This document shows positions 14,765 through 28,231 of a stretch of DNA of 64,000 bases, piece by piece (the stretch's first letter is position 1; each line of letters opens with the position of its first letter). The DNA lies in NCBI RefSeq assembly GCF_009914755.1, contig NC_060939.1; one strand, given 5' to 3'. This DNA is from the human T2T-CHM13v2.0 reference genome, Homo sapiens. The translations under genes and the position numbers were made by a program. The notes under the pieces were generated by a model that was not told the DNA's origin, searched no databases, and saw only the letters and a program-made list of their open reading frames with translations.

Positions 14765-15196
14765 AGGTCTGGTGGGAGCCATGGAAGGACCAGGGCAGGG
14801 CACGCACCCTCCTAACTGAGGTCTGGTGGGAGCCATGGAAGGACCAGGGCAGGGCACGCACCCTCCTAACTGAGGTCTGGTGGGAGCCATGGAAGGACCA
14901 GGGCAGGGCAGGCACCCTCCTAACTGAGGTCTGCTGGGAGCCATGGAAGGACCAGGGCAGGGCACGCACCCTCCTAACTGAGGTCTGGTGGGAGCTATGG
15001 AAGGACCAGGGCAGGGCACACACCCTCCTAACTGAGGTCTGCTGGGAGCCATGGAAGGACCAGGGCAGGGCATGCACCCTCCTAACTGAGGTCTGCTGGG
15101 AGCCATGGAAGGACCAGGGCAGGGCACACACCCTCCTAACTGAGGTCTGCTGGGAGCCATGGAAGGACCAGGGCAGGTTACGCACCCTCCTAACTG
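14765..15196 (+). repeat. VNTR, 8 x 54 bp
   Basis: Unit AGGTCTGGTGGGAGCCATGGAAGGACCAGGGCAGGGCACGCACCCTCCTAACTG; 18-aa periodicity in ORF track. Confidence 0.97.
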
Positions 15197-15218
15197 ATCT
15201 CTACTTTGGCTTTCTCAG

Positions 15219-15411
15219 GATGGGCCTCCTCCAGGCCTAGGCCGAGTGATTGGTGAGCTGGGAGAGGACGGGTGGATAAGAGTCCAGTGGGACACAGGCA
15301 GCACCAACTCCTACAGGATGGGGAAAGAAGGAAAATACGACCTCAAGCTGGCAGAGCTGCCAGCCCCTGCACAGCCCTCAGCAGAGGATTCGGACACAGA
15401 GGACGACTCTG
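15219..15411 (+). pseudogene. HERC2-like exon, MIB/HERC2 domain ([10 protein letters not shown]...[11 protein letters not shown]...)
   Basis: tctcag|GAT ... G|gtggg. Confidence 0.92.
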
Positions 15412-16116
15412 GTGGGTGACTCAGGAAGGTGTTTAGTCCAAGGCAGCCTACAAACTGTCCAGTTGCTGGGTGCTGCCACTGCCATCTGGGCCTTAGAATG
15501 GGATGTCAGGACACACCTGCAGCTGGCGCTCTGTCCTCGGAACCTGTAATTTAAATAAGCTCCCAGGCACCTCCGATGCAGGTGTGTGGAGTGACTGTGG
15601 GATCCGGCGATCTGGCTGGAACTGACTTTCTGCATTTTCCTCTCATGTGTGCACCCGCCCCTCTTTGAGAATGTGGTGGCCAGGTGGGGGCAGCTGCATC
15701 ACCAGTGAGTCTCATGTGGTTGGTGCTGAGCCTGCATCTGAGCGAGTGAGCCGAGGCCTGGTGGAATTGCCCTGCGGTCTCGGTCCATCGCGTCCTCCTC
15801 CAGTGAGAGCCCCTGCCCAAGCACACCCCACCTGCCACCTGCCTTTACCTTTCCTCTGTGGTCCCTGACTCTGAACTCTTCATGTAATGTGGAGTTAGTC
15901 AGCACTTTATCGCTTCTAGGGAAGCAGAGGTGAGAATTTAGGGGTGGACCAAGAAAGCTAGATCCTATCTGTGGAGATCCAGGTTGTGGGAGGAGGTTTC
16001 GTGACATTTCTTAGCTGTTCCTAAAACACGTGAAGCTTCACATGGTTGGGCTTGGTAAGACCATCCAAGAGGCTGGGGCTGCCAATATAATTTGTAATTT
16101 TGATTATTTTTTTTAG

Positions 16117-16299
16117 AAGCCGAACAAACTGAAAGGAACATTCACCCCACTGCAATGATGTTTACCAGCACTATTAACTTACTGCAGACTCTTTGTCTGT
16201 CTGCTGGAGTTCATGCTGAGATCATGCAGAGTGAAGCCACCAAGACTTTATGCGGACTGCTGCAAATGTTAGTGGAAAGCGGAATGACGGACAAGACAT
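16117..16299 (+). pseudogene. HERC2-like exon (AEQTERNIHP...GMTDKT)
   Basis: ttttag|AA ... T|gtatg. Confidence 0.88.
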
Positions 16300-16394
16300 G
16301 TATGGAATGAGAGATCGAGGGCCCAGGGAGTCAGCGCTGGGGGCCGCACGCTTGTCGTGTCTGGGTGTGCATGTGGGTGGGTGTGGATGTGTGT

Positions 16395-17195
16395 GGATTC
16401 CTTTCCTGTGGCTGCTGTAACAAAGTATACAAACTTGGGGACTTACACAGTAGAAATTCTCACGGTTCTGGTGGCTGGAAGGCTGAGATCAAGGGTAGTT
16501 CCTTCTGGGGCTGTGAGGGAGAAGCTGCTTCAGGGCTCTGCCCCAGCTTCTGGAGTTTACTGGTCTCTTTAGCGTTCCTCGGCTTGTAGAGGTGTCACCC
16601 CTATCTCTGCCGTCATCTTCACATGGCATTCTCCCTGTGTGTGAGTCGCCTCCAAATCTCCCCTTTTCATGAGGACATCATTCAACCTCATCAAACTGAT
16701 TACATCTGCAGCGACCCTATTTCCAAACAAGGTCACCTGCCGAGGTACGATAGGGGTTAGGGCTTCAACATACGAATTTTGCAATTCTGAATTCAACCCG
16801 TAACACTGGCTTCAAACAACAAATTTGTTCTCTCAGAGTTCTGGAGACCAGAAGTCCCAAATCCAGGTGCGGGCAGGGCCATGCTTCTTCCACAGGCTCT
16901 AGGGGAAGGTCCTTCCTTACTTTGTCCAGCTTCTGGGAGCTCCAGGCTTCCTTGGTGTTGGGACGCATTGTGCCAGTCTCTGCCTGCGTCTTCACATGGC
17001 CCCTGCCCCTGTGTTCTGCATGTCCTTTTCTGTCTCTGAAAGGACTCTTTCATTGAGTTTCTTTGACTCTAATCCAACATGATGTCACCTAAATTCTTAC
17101 CTTAATGACGTCTACAGAGACCTCATTAAATAAGATCATATTCTGAGGTTCCGAATGTATGTGAAGTTGGAGGACAGGCACAGTTTAATCCATAA
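16395..17195 (-). mobile_element. Two adjacent MLT1 (MaLR) LTR fragments
   Basis: gctgctgtaacaaa...ctcacggttctgg...tcacatggcattctccctgtgtg motifs, twice. Confidence 0.75.
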
Positions 17196-17196
17196 A

Positions 17197-18190
17197 GTGT
17201 TTGTGTGTGTGGAGAGTAAGTATGAGAAATGTGAGCTGAGGGAGTGGGGTGAGTGTGCATGTGACTGCGAGTGAGCACATGTGAGTGTGGGTGGGTATGT
17301 GGGCGTCCTCCAGTGTGTGTGTGAGAGCATGCGTGTATTAGTGGTGTGCTGGAGCGTCCGCACATATTGATGAGAGTGAGTGTGTTAGTGGTCGATGGGC
17401 AAGTGGCTGAGCGTTTGTGTTGCAAGTGTGATGGTGTGTTTGTAGCATGTGGTTGTGTGGGTGTGTGTCCATGAGAGCATGTGAGTGGGCAGGTGACTAC
17501 ATTCAGGTGAAGTGGGAGTGAAAGCGTCAGTGCATTGAGCCAGTGTGTGTGTGAGGGTGAGCACGAGGGAGGCATGAGTGTGAGTGTGAGGGGATTACTG
17601 GGTGTGCGAATGAGACACCCAGTGTAAGTGTAAGTCAGTGAGGGTTGGTGAGTGTGAGGAAGTATGAGTGGGTGGCAGGCACAAGTGTAAGTGTGCGATT
17701 GAGTGCGAGCATTTGTGTAAATGTGTATGAGTGCCTTGTGTCAGTGTGAGCACGAGTGATGTTATTGTGAATGCGTGTGAGTGAATGTGAGCATTTTGCT
17801 TGTGTCAGTGAATGGGAGGTTATAACAGTATAGGTGTGAGTGTAAAGTGAGAAAGTGTGTGGGTAAAGGTGTGAGTGGGTGAGTAATCGGTCGTTACTAG
17901 TGTTGAGGAGTGTGAGTGCATATGTGAGTTTTTGTATGCATTGGGAGGGGTAAGTGTATGTGAGAGTGCATGGGAGTGTGTGTCAGCTTGCATCTGTTTG
18001 TGCATACGTGTGACTGGGATTGTGTGTGTGTTAGTGATTGCGACAGTGGTGTGAGTGCACCTGAAAGTGTGAGGGTGGGTGTATGAGTGCCCATGAGTGT
18101 GTCTGAATAACTTAGTATCAGTGTGAGTGTGAGGATGCATATGAGGGTGTGAGAGTGAGTGTGTGTGTGTGTGAGCGCATGTGAGTGTGC
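17197..18190 (+). repeat. GT/GAGT-rich low-complexity tract (~1 kb)
   Basis: Degenerate (TG)n/(GAGTGT)n. Confidence 0.9.
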
Positions 18191-18985
18191 TGAAGGAAGG
18201 CAGGTGTCCTCATAAGCTTGGATAGCTGAGGGCAGGGTGGGGGAGGTGGGAGGGAGAGCAGGTCCTGTGGGGCTGTGGGCGGGGTCCCTCAGGGGGCCCA
18301 GCCTCCAAGCCTCAGCCTCCATTCAGGGAGTAGTGGAGTCCTGGAGCCAGGCGGAGCAGAGGTGGGCCCACTGGTGCTAGAATCCAGTGGTGTAAACCTA
18401 GTGAAAAACTCATTTTGTTAATGCAGATGCATTAAACTTGGATTGGAAACTGTCTCTACTAAAATTACAAAAAGAGTATTTAAGTGGTGCAGATTAAATA
18501 TAAGCAAGATTGTGGAGATATTTAAAACACGAAATTAAAAATATAATAGATGCACTGTTGCAAATTACTATTTGAATTATAGATCATTTTCCTATTGCCT
18601 AGAAACAATACATAGCTAAAATTCCCTAACTACTTTTACGACACATATTTAGAAGGTTTTAAAAATGCCTGTAGTCCCAGCTATTCGGCAGGGCAAGGCA
18701 GGAGAATCACTTGAGCCCAGGAGTTTTAGACCAGCCTGGGAAACACAGTGAGGGCCCATCTCTAAAAAAAACAAAAAAAAAAGAAAACTTCGGAAATGTT
18801 TCTTGAACTAACTTAAAAGCCGCCTTCCACTTCTCACTTTGAATTAGTTTGAATTAATTTACAAACTGCAATATATTTTAAAGGAGCTTATTGTAGAAAA
18901 TAAGTTGATAAAAAAATAAGGATATATCTTTAGGGATTTGTCTTTAGGGACTTGTTACCAAGCATGTCTATTTTCCCTCCTGCAG

Positions 18986-19167
18986 CTTCTCCAAACAGGC
19001 TGGTGTACAGGGAGCAACACCGGAGCTGGTGCACGCTGGGGTTTGTGCAGAGCATCGCTCTCACGCTGCAGGTGTGCGGCGCCCTCAGCTCCCTGCAGTG
19101 GATCACGCTGCTCATGAAGGTCGTGGAAGGGCACGCACCCTTCACTGCCACCTCGCTGCAGAGGCAG
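18986..19167 (+). pseudogene. HERC2-like exon (SPNRLVYREQ...TSLQRQ)
   Basis: ctgcag|CT ... CAG|gtaat. Confidence 0.9.
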
Positions 19168-19612
19168 GTAATGTGCTGCCAGGCAAAACCAGTTCCCTGA
19201 GAGAGGCCTCCATGTACTGAAGTTCCCTGCCCTCAGAGTCAGGGGCCTTTATTCAGTAACGAGTGCAGAAAGGGTCTAGAAGTGACAGGGTAGATTTTCT
19301 GGAGGCAAGGGGCAGAGGTCCTTGATAATTGGTAAGTTGCTAACCTTCAGTTTACCTGCTTTTCTCTTAAGTGGTAAATCCTGCAACTACTTACTCATCT
19401 GCTTCACAGAATTTGTAGTGTAATTGTCTTAAGAATTAAACTAAAAATAATTCTTTTTTAATTAAACACATGCATCTGTAATGTTGCTTTTTTCTAAAGT
19501 CCCTGACAATCCTAATCACTAATCAACTTGAGTGTAATTACCTGGCTGTAAAATAATGAATCTCAAAATTTTCACATGATTACTTGCATTATGAGAACAG
19601 AAAATAAAGAGA

Positions 19613-19917
19613 GGCTGGGCGCAGTGGCTCATGCCTGTAATCCCAGCACTTTGGGAGGCAGAGGCAGGTGTATCATGAGGTCAGGAGTTTGAGACCAGCC
19701 TGGCCAACATAGTGAAATCCTGTCTCTACTGAAAATCCAAAAAAAATGAGCCGGGCTTGGTGGTGAGTGCCTATAATCCCAGCTACTCAGGAAGCTGAAG
19801 CAAGGAGAATCGCTTGAACCTGGGAGGTGGTGGTTGTAGTGAGCCAAGACCGTGCCACTGCACTCCAGCCTGGGCGACAGTGCGAGACTCTGTCTCAAAA
19901 AAAAAAAAAAAAAGAAA
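19613..19917 (+). mobile_element. AluS
   Basis: Full Alu with A tail. Confidence 0.9.
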
Positions 19918-19984
19918 ATAACAATCTGTAGTTTCCTCATCAGATTTTTTTTAATGCTTGTCATTGTAAATTTTCTTTTATCAG

Positions 19985-20132
19985 ATCTTAGCTGTGCATT
20001 TGTTGCAAGCAGTCCTTCCGTCATGGGACAAGACCGAAAGGGCGAGGGACATGAAATGCCTCGTGGAGAAGCTGTTTGACTTCTTGGGGAGCTTGCTCAC
20101 TATGTGCTCCTCTGACGTGCCGTTACTCAGAG
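19985..20132 (+). pseudogene. HERC2-like exon ([10 protein letters not shown]...DVPLLR)
   Basis: tatcag|ATC ... G|gtgag. Confidence 0.9.
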
Positions 20133-20206
20133 GTGAGTGGCCGTCTCCTTTCCCTGTGCCCTGGTGAAGAGCGGTGCAGCAGCTTCTCCCCTGGTTTCCT
20201 CCTCAG

Positions 20207-20403
20207 AGTCCATGCTGAGGTGGCGCAGGGTGTGCCCGCAGGCCTCGCTGACTGCCACCCACAGCAGCACACTGGTGGAGGAGGTGGTGGCACTGCTGCA
20301 CACGCTGCACTCCCTGACTCAGTGGAATGGGCTCATCAACAAGTACATCAACTCCCAGCTCCGCTCCATCACCCACAGCTTTGCGGGAAGGCCTTCCGAA
20401 GGG
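20207..20403 (+). pseudogene. HERC2-like exon (SMLRWRRVCP...GRPSEG)
   Basis: cctcag|AG ... GGG|gtggg. Confidence 0.9.
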
Positions 20404-20507
20404 GTGGGTTTGTGTTCTCAGAATTAATTTAGTTGAACAGTAAACCTGTAGGGATTGGGCAGCTCCGTGAGTGTCCCCGGTCGAGCTCGCTGTTTGGTCT
20501 GCACTAG

Positions 20508-20738
20508 GCCCAGTTAGAGGACTACTTCCCCGACTCCGAGAACCCTGAAGTGGGGGGCCTCATGGCGGTCCTGGCTGTGGTTGGAGGCATCGATGGTCGC
20601 CTGCGCCTGGGTGGCCAAGTTGTGCACGATGACTTTGGAGAAGTCACCATGACTCGCATCACCCTGAAGGGCAAAATCACCGTGCAGTTCTCTGACATGC
20701 GGACGTGTCGCGTTTGCCCATTGAATCAGCTGAAACCA
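20508..20738 (+). pseudogene. HERC2-like exon (AQLEDYFPDS...LNQLKP)
   Basis: cactag|GCC ... CCA|gtagg. Confidence 0.9.
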
Positions 20739-21247
20739 GTAGGTGAACTTGTGCTTAGTTACTGCATGATAAGGGAAATTGACTTTACACTAGAACCGAG
20801 CACCAACATCAGCACTTGAAAGAACTTGATTCTGGTACTTGAAGTTTGCCTTCCAGGAAGCTGTGTGAGCTTGTGCTTCTGTGGTAAGCAGGGCCTGTCT
20901 CACAGGGCACTTAAAGCAGTGGTTCGTGTGTATTTCAGCCTCAGAGACACGAAGAGGGCTTTAGCAACCTAGAAGGTACCGTGCATCTATGAGGTAGTTC
21001 TAATTATTTTAAAATGTGAATTTATGAAGTTTACTTTTTATTCAACAACTCAAGTTTTAAAAAAACAAACATGTTTAAACACCTTTAAAAAAACAGCCTT
21101 TCTTCATGTAGAAAATGCTTAGTAGTTTTGAGTGACGTGACTTAATGTAGCAGCTACTGTCATCTTAATCTGTGAATCAAGGATGCACAGGGAGAAGGAG
21201 CCATTTACATTATTCTGATGTAACCCAAGTGCAATCTTACTATATAT

Positions 21248-21645
<398 letters not shown>

Positions 21646-21898
21646 TAGTAACCACCACACTGATGTAATTATTGTTGACAGGTTTGTAAAGAAAAATTAA
21701 TATAGATTATACTTATTATATGTGTAAATCTCTATCCTGCCTTTAATGTCATTTTAAAAAATGATTATTCTCAGCTATAAAAAGGCTTACGGGTATGTGT
21801 GGCATTTCAGGATTAAGCCCATGGTTTTGATGACTTTCAGAACGTTTCATTTGTTAGTCATATTGGCCACACTCTGACAGCTTCTGTGTCCTCTCCAG

Positions 21899-22037
21899 CT
21901 CCCTGCCGTGGCCTTTAATGTGAACAACCTGCCCTTCACAGAGCCCATGCTGTCTGTCTGGGCTCAGTTGGTGAACCTCGCTGGAAGCAAGTTAGAAAAG
22001 CACAAAATAAAGAAATCGACTAAACAGGCCTTTGCAG
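21899..22037 (+). pseudogene. HERC2-like exon (LPAVAFNVNN...TKQAFA)
   Basis: ctccag|CTC ... G|gtcag. Confidence 0.9.
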
Positions 22038-23334
22038 GTCAGTACATGGCGCTTCTTGATGAAATAGCTGCCATCTTAAACTCGTGTCGTTTGTACAGTG
22101 TTCTTTTATGAGTGAATTCACGGACATACCAAAGTCCTGGGGTTCACGTGGGCTCACCATTTGTTGAGTTGCGGTTGGGAATGTAACCCTGTGTTCGTGG
22201 TAATGAGTATTTTCGAGTCAGCCTTTGTCGCCATGTTCGGAGCCACACTTGAAGAACCCCATGGCTCACACCCTCTTCTCCGTGTCACCCTTTATCCCGG
22301 AAGAGAAGTCTGTTCACCTCTTCCCTCCTCCCCTCCATCCCAGGGCCCTGTGGCCCCGTCACCCTGTTGGACCATGGCTCACAGCCTGTTCTCTGCCGGA
22401 TCCAGGGGCCTCTGTCCCGGAAGCGCCTGGCTTGCCTGTGACATTCAGGATGGCTAAGACTGTGACTGTAGCCTGGCTTGGCTTTGCCTTCCTTCGGGTC
22501 TAGAATGCGGCTCTCCTGAGTTTGTTTCCATGTTTCTAGGGAGCTCTTCTCTCTGCTCATTCTTTATGTCCTGGAAGTCTGTGTGGCTTCACCCATAACT
22601 ATGGCATATTCTGCCCAGTCTTCTTGAGTTTTCTCCCCTCTTGCTCCCACAGACCTACGATTGCTGCTTCAGCATATATGATGTAAGCACTTTCAACTCT
22701 GGATCTCCCATTCACATCTCTGGTTGGAGGTGCAGTGCATGCAAATCACCACATGTCCGAAATTCAGCTGGCTTTCTCTAGTAGCTGCCGTTTCCCATCG
22801 TGGTGAATAAACCTGTCTGCCAGTTAGTTGAGCCAGTGTCCGAGCGGCACCTGCGGCCCTCCTTCCTTCCCACCCCATGCTCTCTGTGCTGCTTCTGCGG
22901 CCTCTGCTATCAGATAAGCCTTGGGCATTGCTGCGATCTTCATCAGTTAAAGAGCTAGTGGGGCTGACAGATTCTCTCAGAGGAGTCTTAGAAGAAGAGT
23001 GGAAGCGGCTGAAACTTCAGCAACTTGGGGAACATTTGATCATATTAATAGTAGCTAACATGGTTCTAACCGTGTTAAACCCATTGAATCCTGCGTCCTA
23101 TCAAGTTAGGTGCCTGGAGAGCAGGGAAGGAAGACCCAGGAGGCAGAAGATGCTTACCCAGAAGCACCGAGTGTAACTCTGGGAAAGGCAAGCCCTTCGT
23201 CACGGACAGTGTGTGCGGTCGGCAGATTCCTGAAGGGCAGAGCGTTACTCGTCGCCATGTGGCGGAGGCTTGCTGCTGGCGAGGAGGGAGTCTGAGCAGG
23301 GCACGCCCTTCTCACTGAGTCTTTCCTTCCGCAG

Positions 23335-23478
23335 GACAAGTGGACCTGGACCTGCTGCGGTGCCAGCAGTTGAAGCTATACATCCTGAAAGCAGGTCGGG
23401 CGCTGTTCTCCCACCAGGATAAACTGCGGCAGATCCTGTCTCAGCCAGCTGTTCAGGAGACTGGAAGTGTTCACACAG
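23335..23478 (+). pseudogene. HERC2-like exon (QVDLDLLRCQ...TGSVHT)
   Basis: ccgcag|GA ... G|gtgtc. Confidence 0.88.
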
Positions 23479-24045
23479 GTGTCTTTTTAAAAAGTTCTTA
23501 AATCTTTATAAGAAGGGCAGTAGAAAGTAGACAAAGGAAGTGAATAATCAGTTCATAAAAATGGACATAGGTGGCTTATAAATGTACAAAACAGACACGT
23601 GGCCTGCCCAGCAACCACCAACTGTGAATAAAATTGTCATCGTCATCTTATAAGACAAGACTGAGGGCATCTGGTGGGTGGGGAGGGAAAAAGGTATTTT
23701 CATGCCTTCCCATTTAAAGTGTGCTGCATGGGTCAGCAAGACTGGTGGCACACAGGTATGTGTTAGAAATGCAGACTCCCAGGCCGCACCCCAGACCAAA
23801 GAAATAGAGCCTGTATTGTAACAAGATGAACCTAAGCTGATTCTTCAAATGCGCGTAAAGCCGCACTCCATGAACACGCTGCTGCTGGGAATTTCAGTTG
23901 GTGTAGCCATCTAATGGGCATCTGAGGAAATGAGTTGGACTTTGAAATGCATAGATGTATGTATGTATTTATATACTTTGGCCCAGCAAGTCATTCTGTG
24001 GGACTTTATCACACGAAAAGGCATGTAAAGATAATGTATTCACCA

Positions 24046-24529
24046 CCTGGGCACAGTGGCTCATGCCTGTAATCCCAGCACTTTGGGAGGCCGAGGCGGG
24101 CGGATCACGAGGTCAGGAGATAGAGACCATCCTGGCTAACACGGTGAAACCCCATCTCTGCTAAAAATACAAAACATTAGCTGGGCAAGGTGGCAGACGC
24201 CTGCAGTTCTAGCTACTCGGGAGGGTGAGGCAGGAGAATGGCATGAATCTGTGAGGCGGAGCTTGCAGTGAGCCGAGATGGCGCCACTGCACTCCAGCCT
24301 GGGCAACAGAGCAAGACTCTGTCTCAAAAAAAAAAAAAAAAAAAATTGGCGGGGCATAGTGGTGGCTGCATGTAATGCCAGCTACTTGGGAGGCTGAGGC
24401 AGGAGAATCACTTGAACCGGGGGTTGCGGAGGTTGCCGTGTGTGCGGATTGCAGGGTGCAGATTGTGCCACTGCACTCCAGCCTGGGTGACAGAGTGAGA
24501 CTTCGTCTCAAAAAAAATAATAAATAAAA
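24046..24529 (+). mobile_element. Three-arm Alu (AluY dimer plus extra AluS right arm)
   Basis: One TSD ATAATGTATTCA at 24031-24042 and 24530-24541. Confidence 0.85.
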
Positions 24530-24672
24530 ATAATGTATTCAACAGTGTCGTTATGGCCTCCTTTTTGGTATTGTTTTTGTATTGAAAAACTGTAGACACC
24601 AAAATACCCATTCTTATGTTGTGTATCCGTACAGTGTGATATCATGGTGCCATTCAAAATGATGGTACATGT

Positions 24673-25280
<608 letters not shown>

Positions 25281-26529
25281 TATGTTTATTGCTGTGGAAA
25301 CATGAAAACAATAAGTGAACAGAAAAGCACACTGCTATGTATATCCGTTTATAGATATGCCATAGTTATCTGTTTAGCAAAACAGTGACCCAGTAATCTT
25401 TGGTGGAATTTTGGCTGTCTTTATTTTCTTTATATTTCTCTATATTTAGTTTTCTAGAATGAGCTTGTGTTACTTTTAATAGAAAAAAACATTTTTTGAT
25501 CTCCAACTATTGAAAGACATTATGCTAAGTCTTTTGCGGAGAAGTCCTTTTCTATGATCATTGCTCTCTAGGGTTTGGATGAGGAGAGGAAGTGAATGCA
25601 GATGGCTCTCTTTGTTCTCTGGGGCCAGGGGGCGGTGAGGCATGTGAGTGGTTCCACAGGCGTCTGGAGCCAGTGGCAGCTGAGCACTGGACGGGCAGCC
25701 TTTGAAGGCTGTGGCAGACAGATGCCAGCAGACAAGCACTCTGCTGGTGGTGGAGGCAGGAGGAGAGGAGTGAACGTGGTGAGTCTTTGGAAGCACGTTG
25801 AGCAGCTCTCCTCTTCTTGGAGCTCAGGGTTTTTCGATGAGTGGTGGGGCTGAAGCTAGATGGGCAGCTGACATCCTGTTACAGAGTACCTGGGAGACCA
25901 GGGTGAAACTTGAGGCCCACTTGGAAAGCTGTGGTAGGGGCCACATGGTAAGCATTGACCTTCGGGTGATACACCTGCTAGGAAGGTATAGGAGTATCTG
26001 AAACAGGAGATGACAGAGATGGAGAATTGCTCCTGCGTCAGGTGATGAGGGGGAAGGCATGAAAAGGGAAAGAAGGTTCTGGTGGAAGGAAGGTGCCATC
26101 CACTGTGATGGTGTAGTCTTGTAGATGATAACTTTATGGGGAACCAGCAAAAAGTGGAAGGTGACTGCTGTTTCAAGCTTGAGTTGAGGGAGGAATATTG
26201 AGTAGTGTGTTTGAAACAAATAAGTCCAGTAGAATGTGGAGTGTGTGCGTTTGCTTCTTAAGAGGAGAGGATGCTATGAAATTAATTTTAAACCTGCTGA
26301 GGATGAAAGAAATCAATTGAAAGTATAGAATCAATTAATAGTAGAGGTCGTAGGGAACATGAAGATTTCCCAGTTGTAGAGATTGGGAGATTGGAGCCTG
26401 GGAATTGGATTGGCTGTTCTGTTCTGCACTCAGCCCGATGAGCAATTACAGCAGACCTGAATCAGGATGATCAAGTCTGTGCTTTGGGCCGAGCAGGGAC
26501 TCCGAACAGAGCTAGATTGACAAAACTGC

Positions 26530-26712
26530 CGTGCACCTGTTTTTGTAAGTTTTTATGGGAACACAGGCACACCACTTGTTTACAGATCGTCTCTGGATGC
26601 TTTTGCTCTGCAATGGCAGAGCTGAGTAGTTGGGACAGAGACTGTACAGCCCATCAGCCTAAACTATTTACTCTCTGGCCCTTTAAGAGAAAGATTTCCA
26701 GCTCCTGGTCTA
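26530..26712. mobile_element. MER58A-like
   Basis: gcaatggcagagctgagtagttgggacagagac...ctctggccctttaagag. Confidence 0.65.
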
Positions 26713-27032
26713 GTTAGTTGAAATTGTCACTGAAGAAAACCAGCACATGCAAATGCTGTGAGTACCTGGATGAGTACCTAGATGTGTGAAGTGGGCTTGA
26801 GCGCAGTGGATCTCCCTGGGGCTGTGTCAAACAGAGTCCTAAAGGCTGCACCTAAAGCTACTCATAACAGACAAAAAGCCATCACCCTGAGCACATGACA
26901 CATTTGGAATTGGGGTCACTTAATGATCTCAACAAGGCTTAGCTGGAAAAGCTACAGCTAGAAATATGCACATGGGATGTGTCTGTGTCAGGGGTTACTG
27001 AAGCCGTGAGTGAACATGAAAGAGAGTGTGTA

Positions 27033-27335
27033 GGTCAGGCATGGTGGCTTACGCCTGTAATCCCAACACTTTGGGATGCCGAGGCGGGTGGATCAGGAGT
27101 TGGAGACCAGCCTGGCCAACATGGTGAAATCTAATCAACAGCCTGGCCCCATCTATACTAAAAATACAAAAATTAGCTAGGCGTGGTAGCATGTGCCTGT
27201 AGTCCCAGCTACAGGGAAGGCTGATGCAGGAGAATCGCTTGAGCCAGGAGGCAGAGGTTGCAGTTTGCCAAGATTGTGCCACTGCACTCCAGCCTGGGCA
27301 ACAGAGTGAGACTCCATCTCAAGAAAAAGAGAAAG
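27033..27335 (+). mobile_element. AluS with small internal insertion
   Basis: Alu with extra tctaatcaacagcctgg after ggtgaaa. Confidence 0.85.
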
Positions 27336-27440
27336 AATCAGACCAAGTGCAGAAATCTGGGAAGGAGCATTTGCTGGCTCTAAGAGACAGATGCACTAAT
27401 GAAGGACAGAGACCAAAAGCAGGCAGTGAAAGTGGTTTAG

Positions 27441-27919
<479 letters not shown>

Positions 27920-28088
27920 TAGAGTCTAGTTTTTGTTCGATGTCTGAACCTTGAAGATTTTGGTTTTCTATCACATAATGAGGCAGAAGTCATACCTGAT
28001 TTAACATGCTTAATGCATTTTCTTTAATAGTAAAGTGGTGTTCGCAGTTGAAAATAGAATCTTACACATATTTTGTTTTTAAATTCAG

Positions 28089-28231
28089 ATGATGGAGCAG
28101 TGGTATCACCTGACCTTGGGGACATGTCTCCTGAAGGGCCGCAGCCCCCCATGATCCTCTTGCAGCAGCTGCTGGCCTCGGCCACCCAGCCGTCTCCTGT
28201 GAAGGCCATATTTGATAAACAGGAACTTGAG
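28089..28231 (+). pseudogene. HERC2-like exon (DGAVVSPDLG...DKQELE)
   Basis: attcag|AT ... GAG|gtaca. Confidence 0.9.

Noticed and set aside
14765-15196. CRISPR-like array
   Set aside because: Contiguous near-identical units with no unique spacers; eukaryotic context.
14648-15240. Three 164-172 aa repetitive ORFs
   Set aside because: By-products of a 54-bp (multiple of 3) intronic VNTR, open on both strands, with no homology recognised.
17126-18322. His/Thr-rich minus-strand ORFs
   Set aside because: Translation of (CA)-rich low-complexity sequence.
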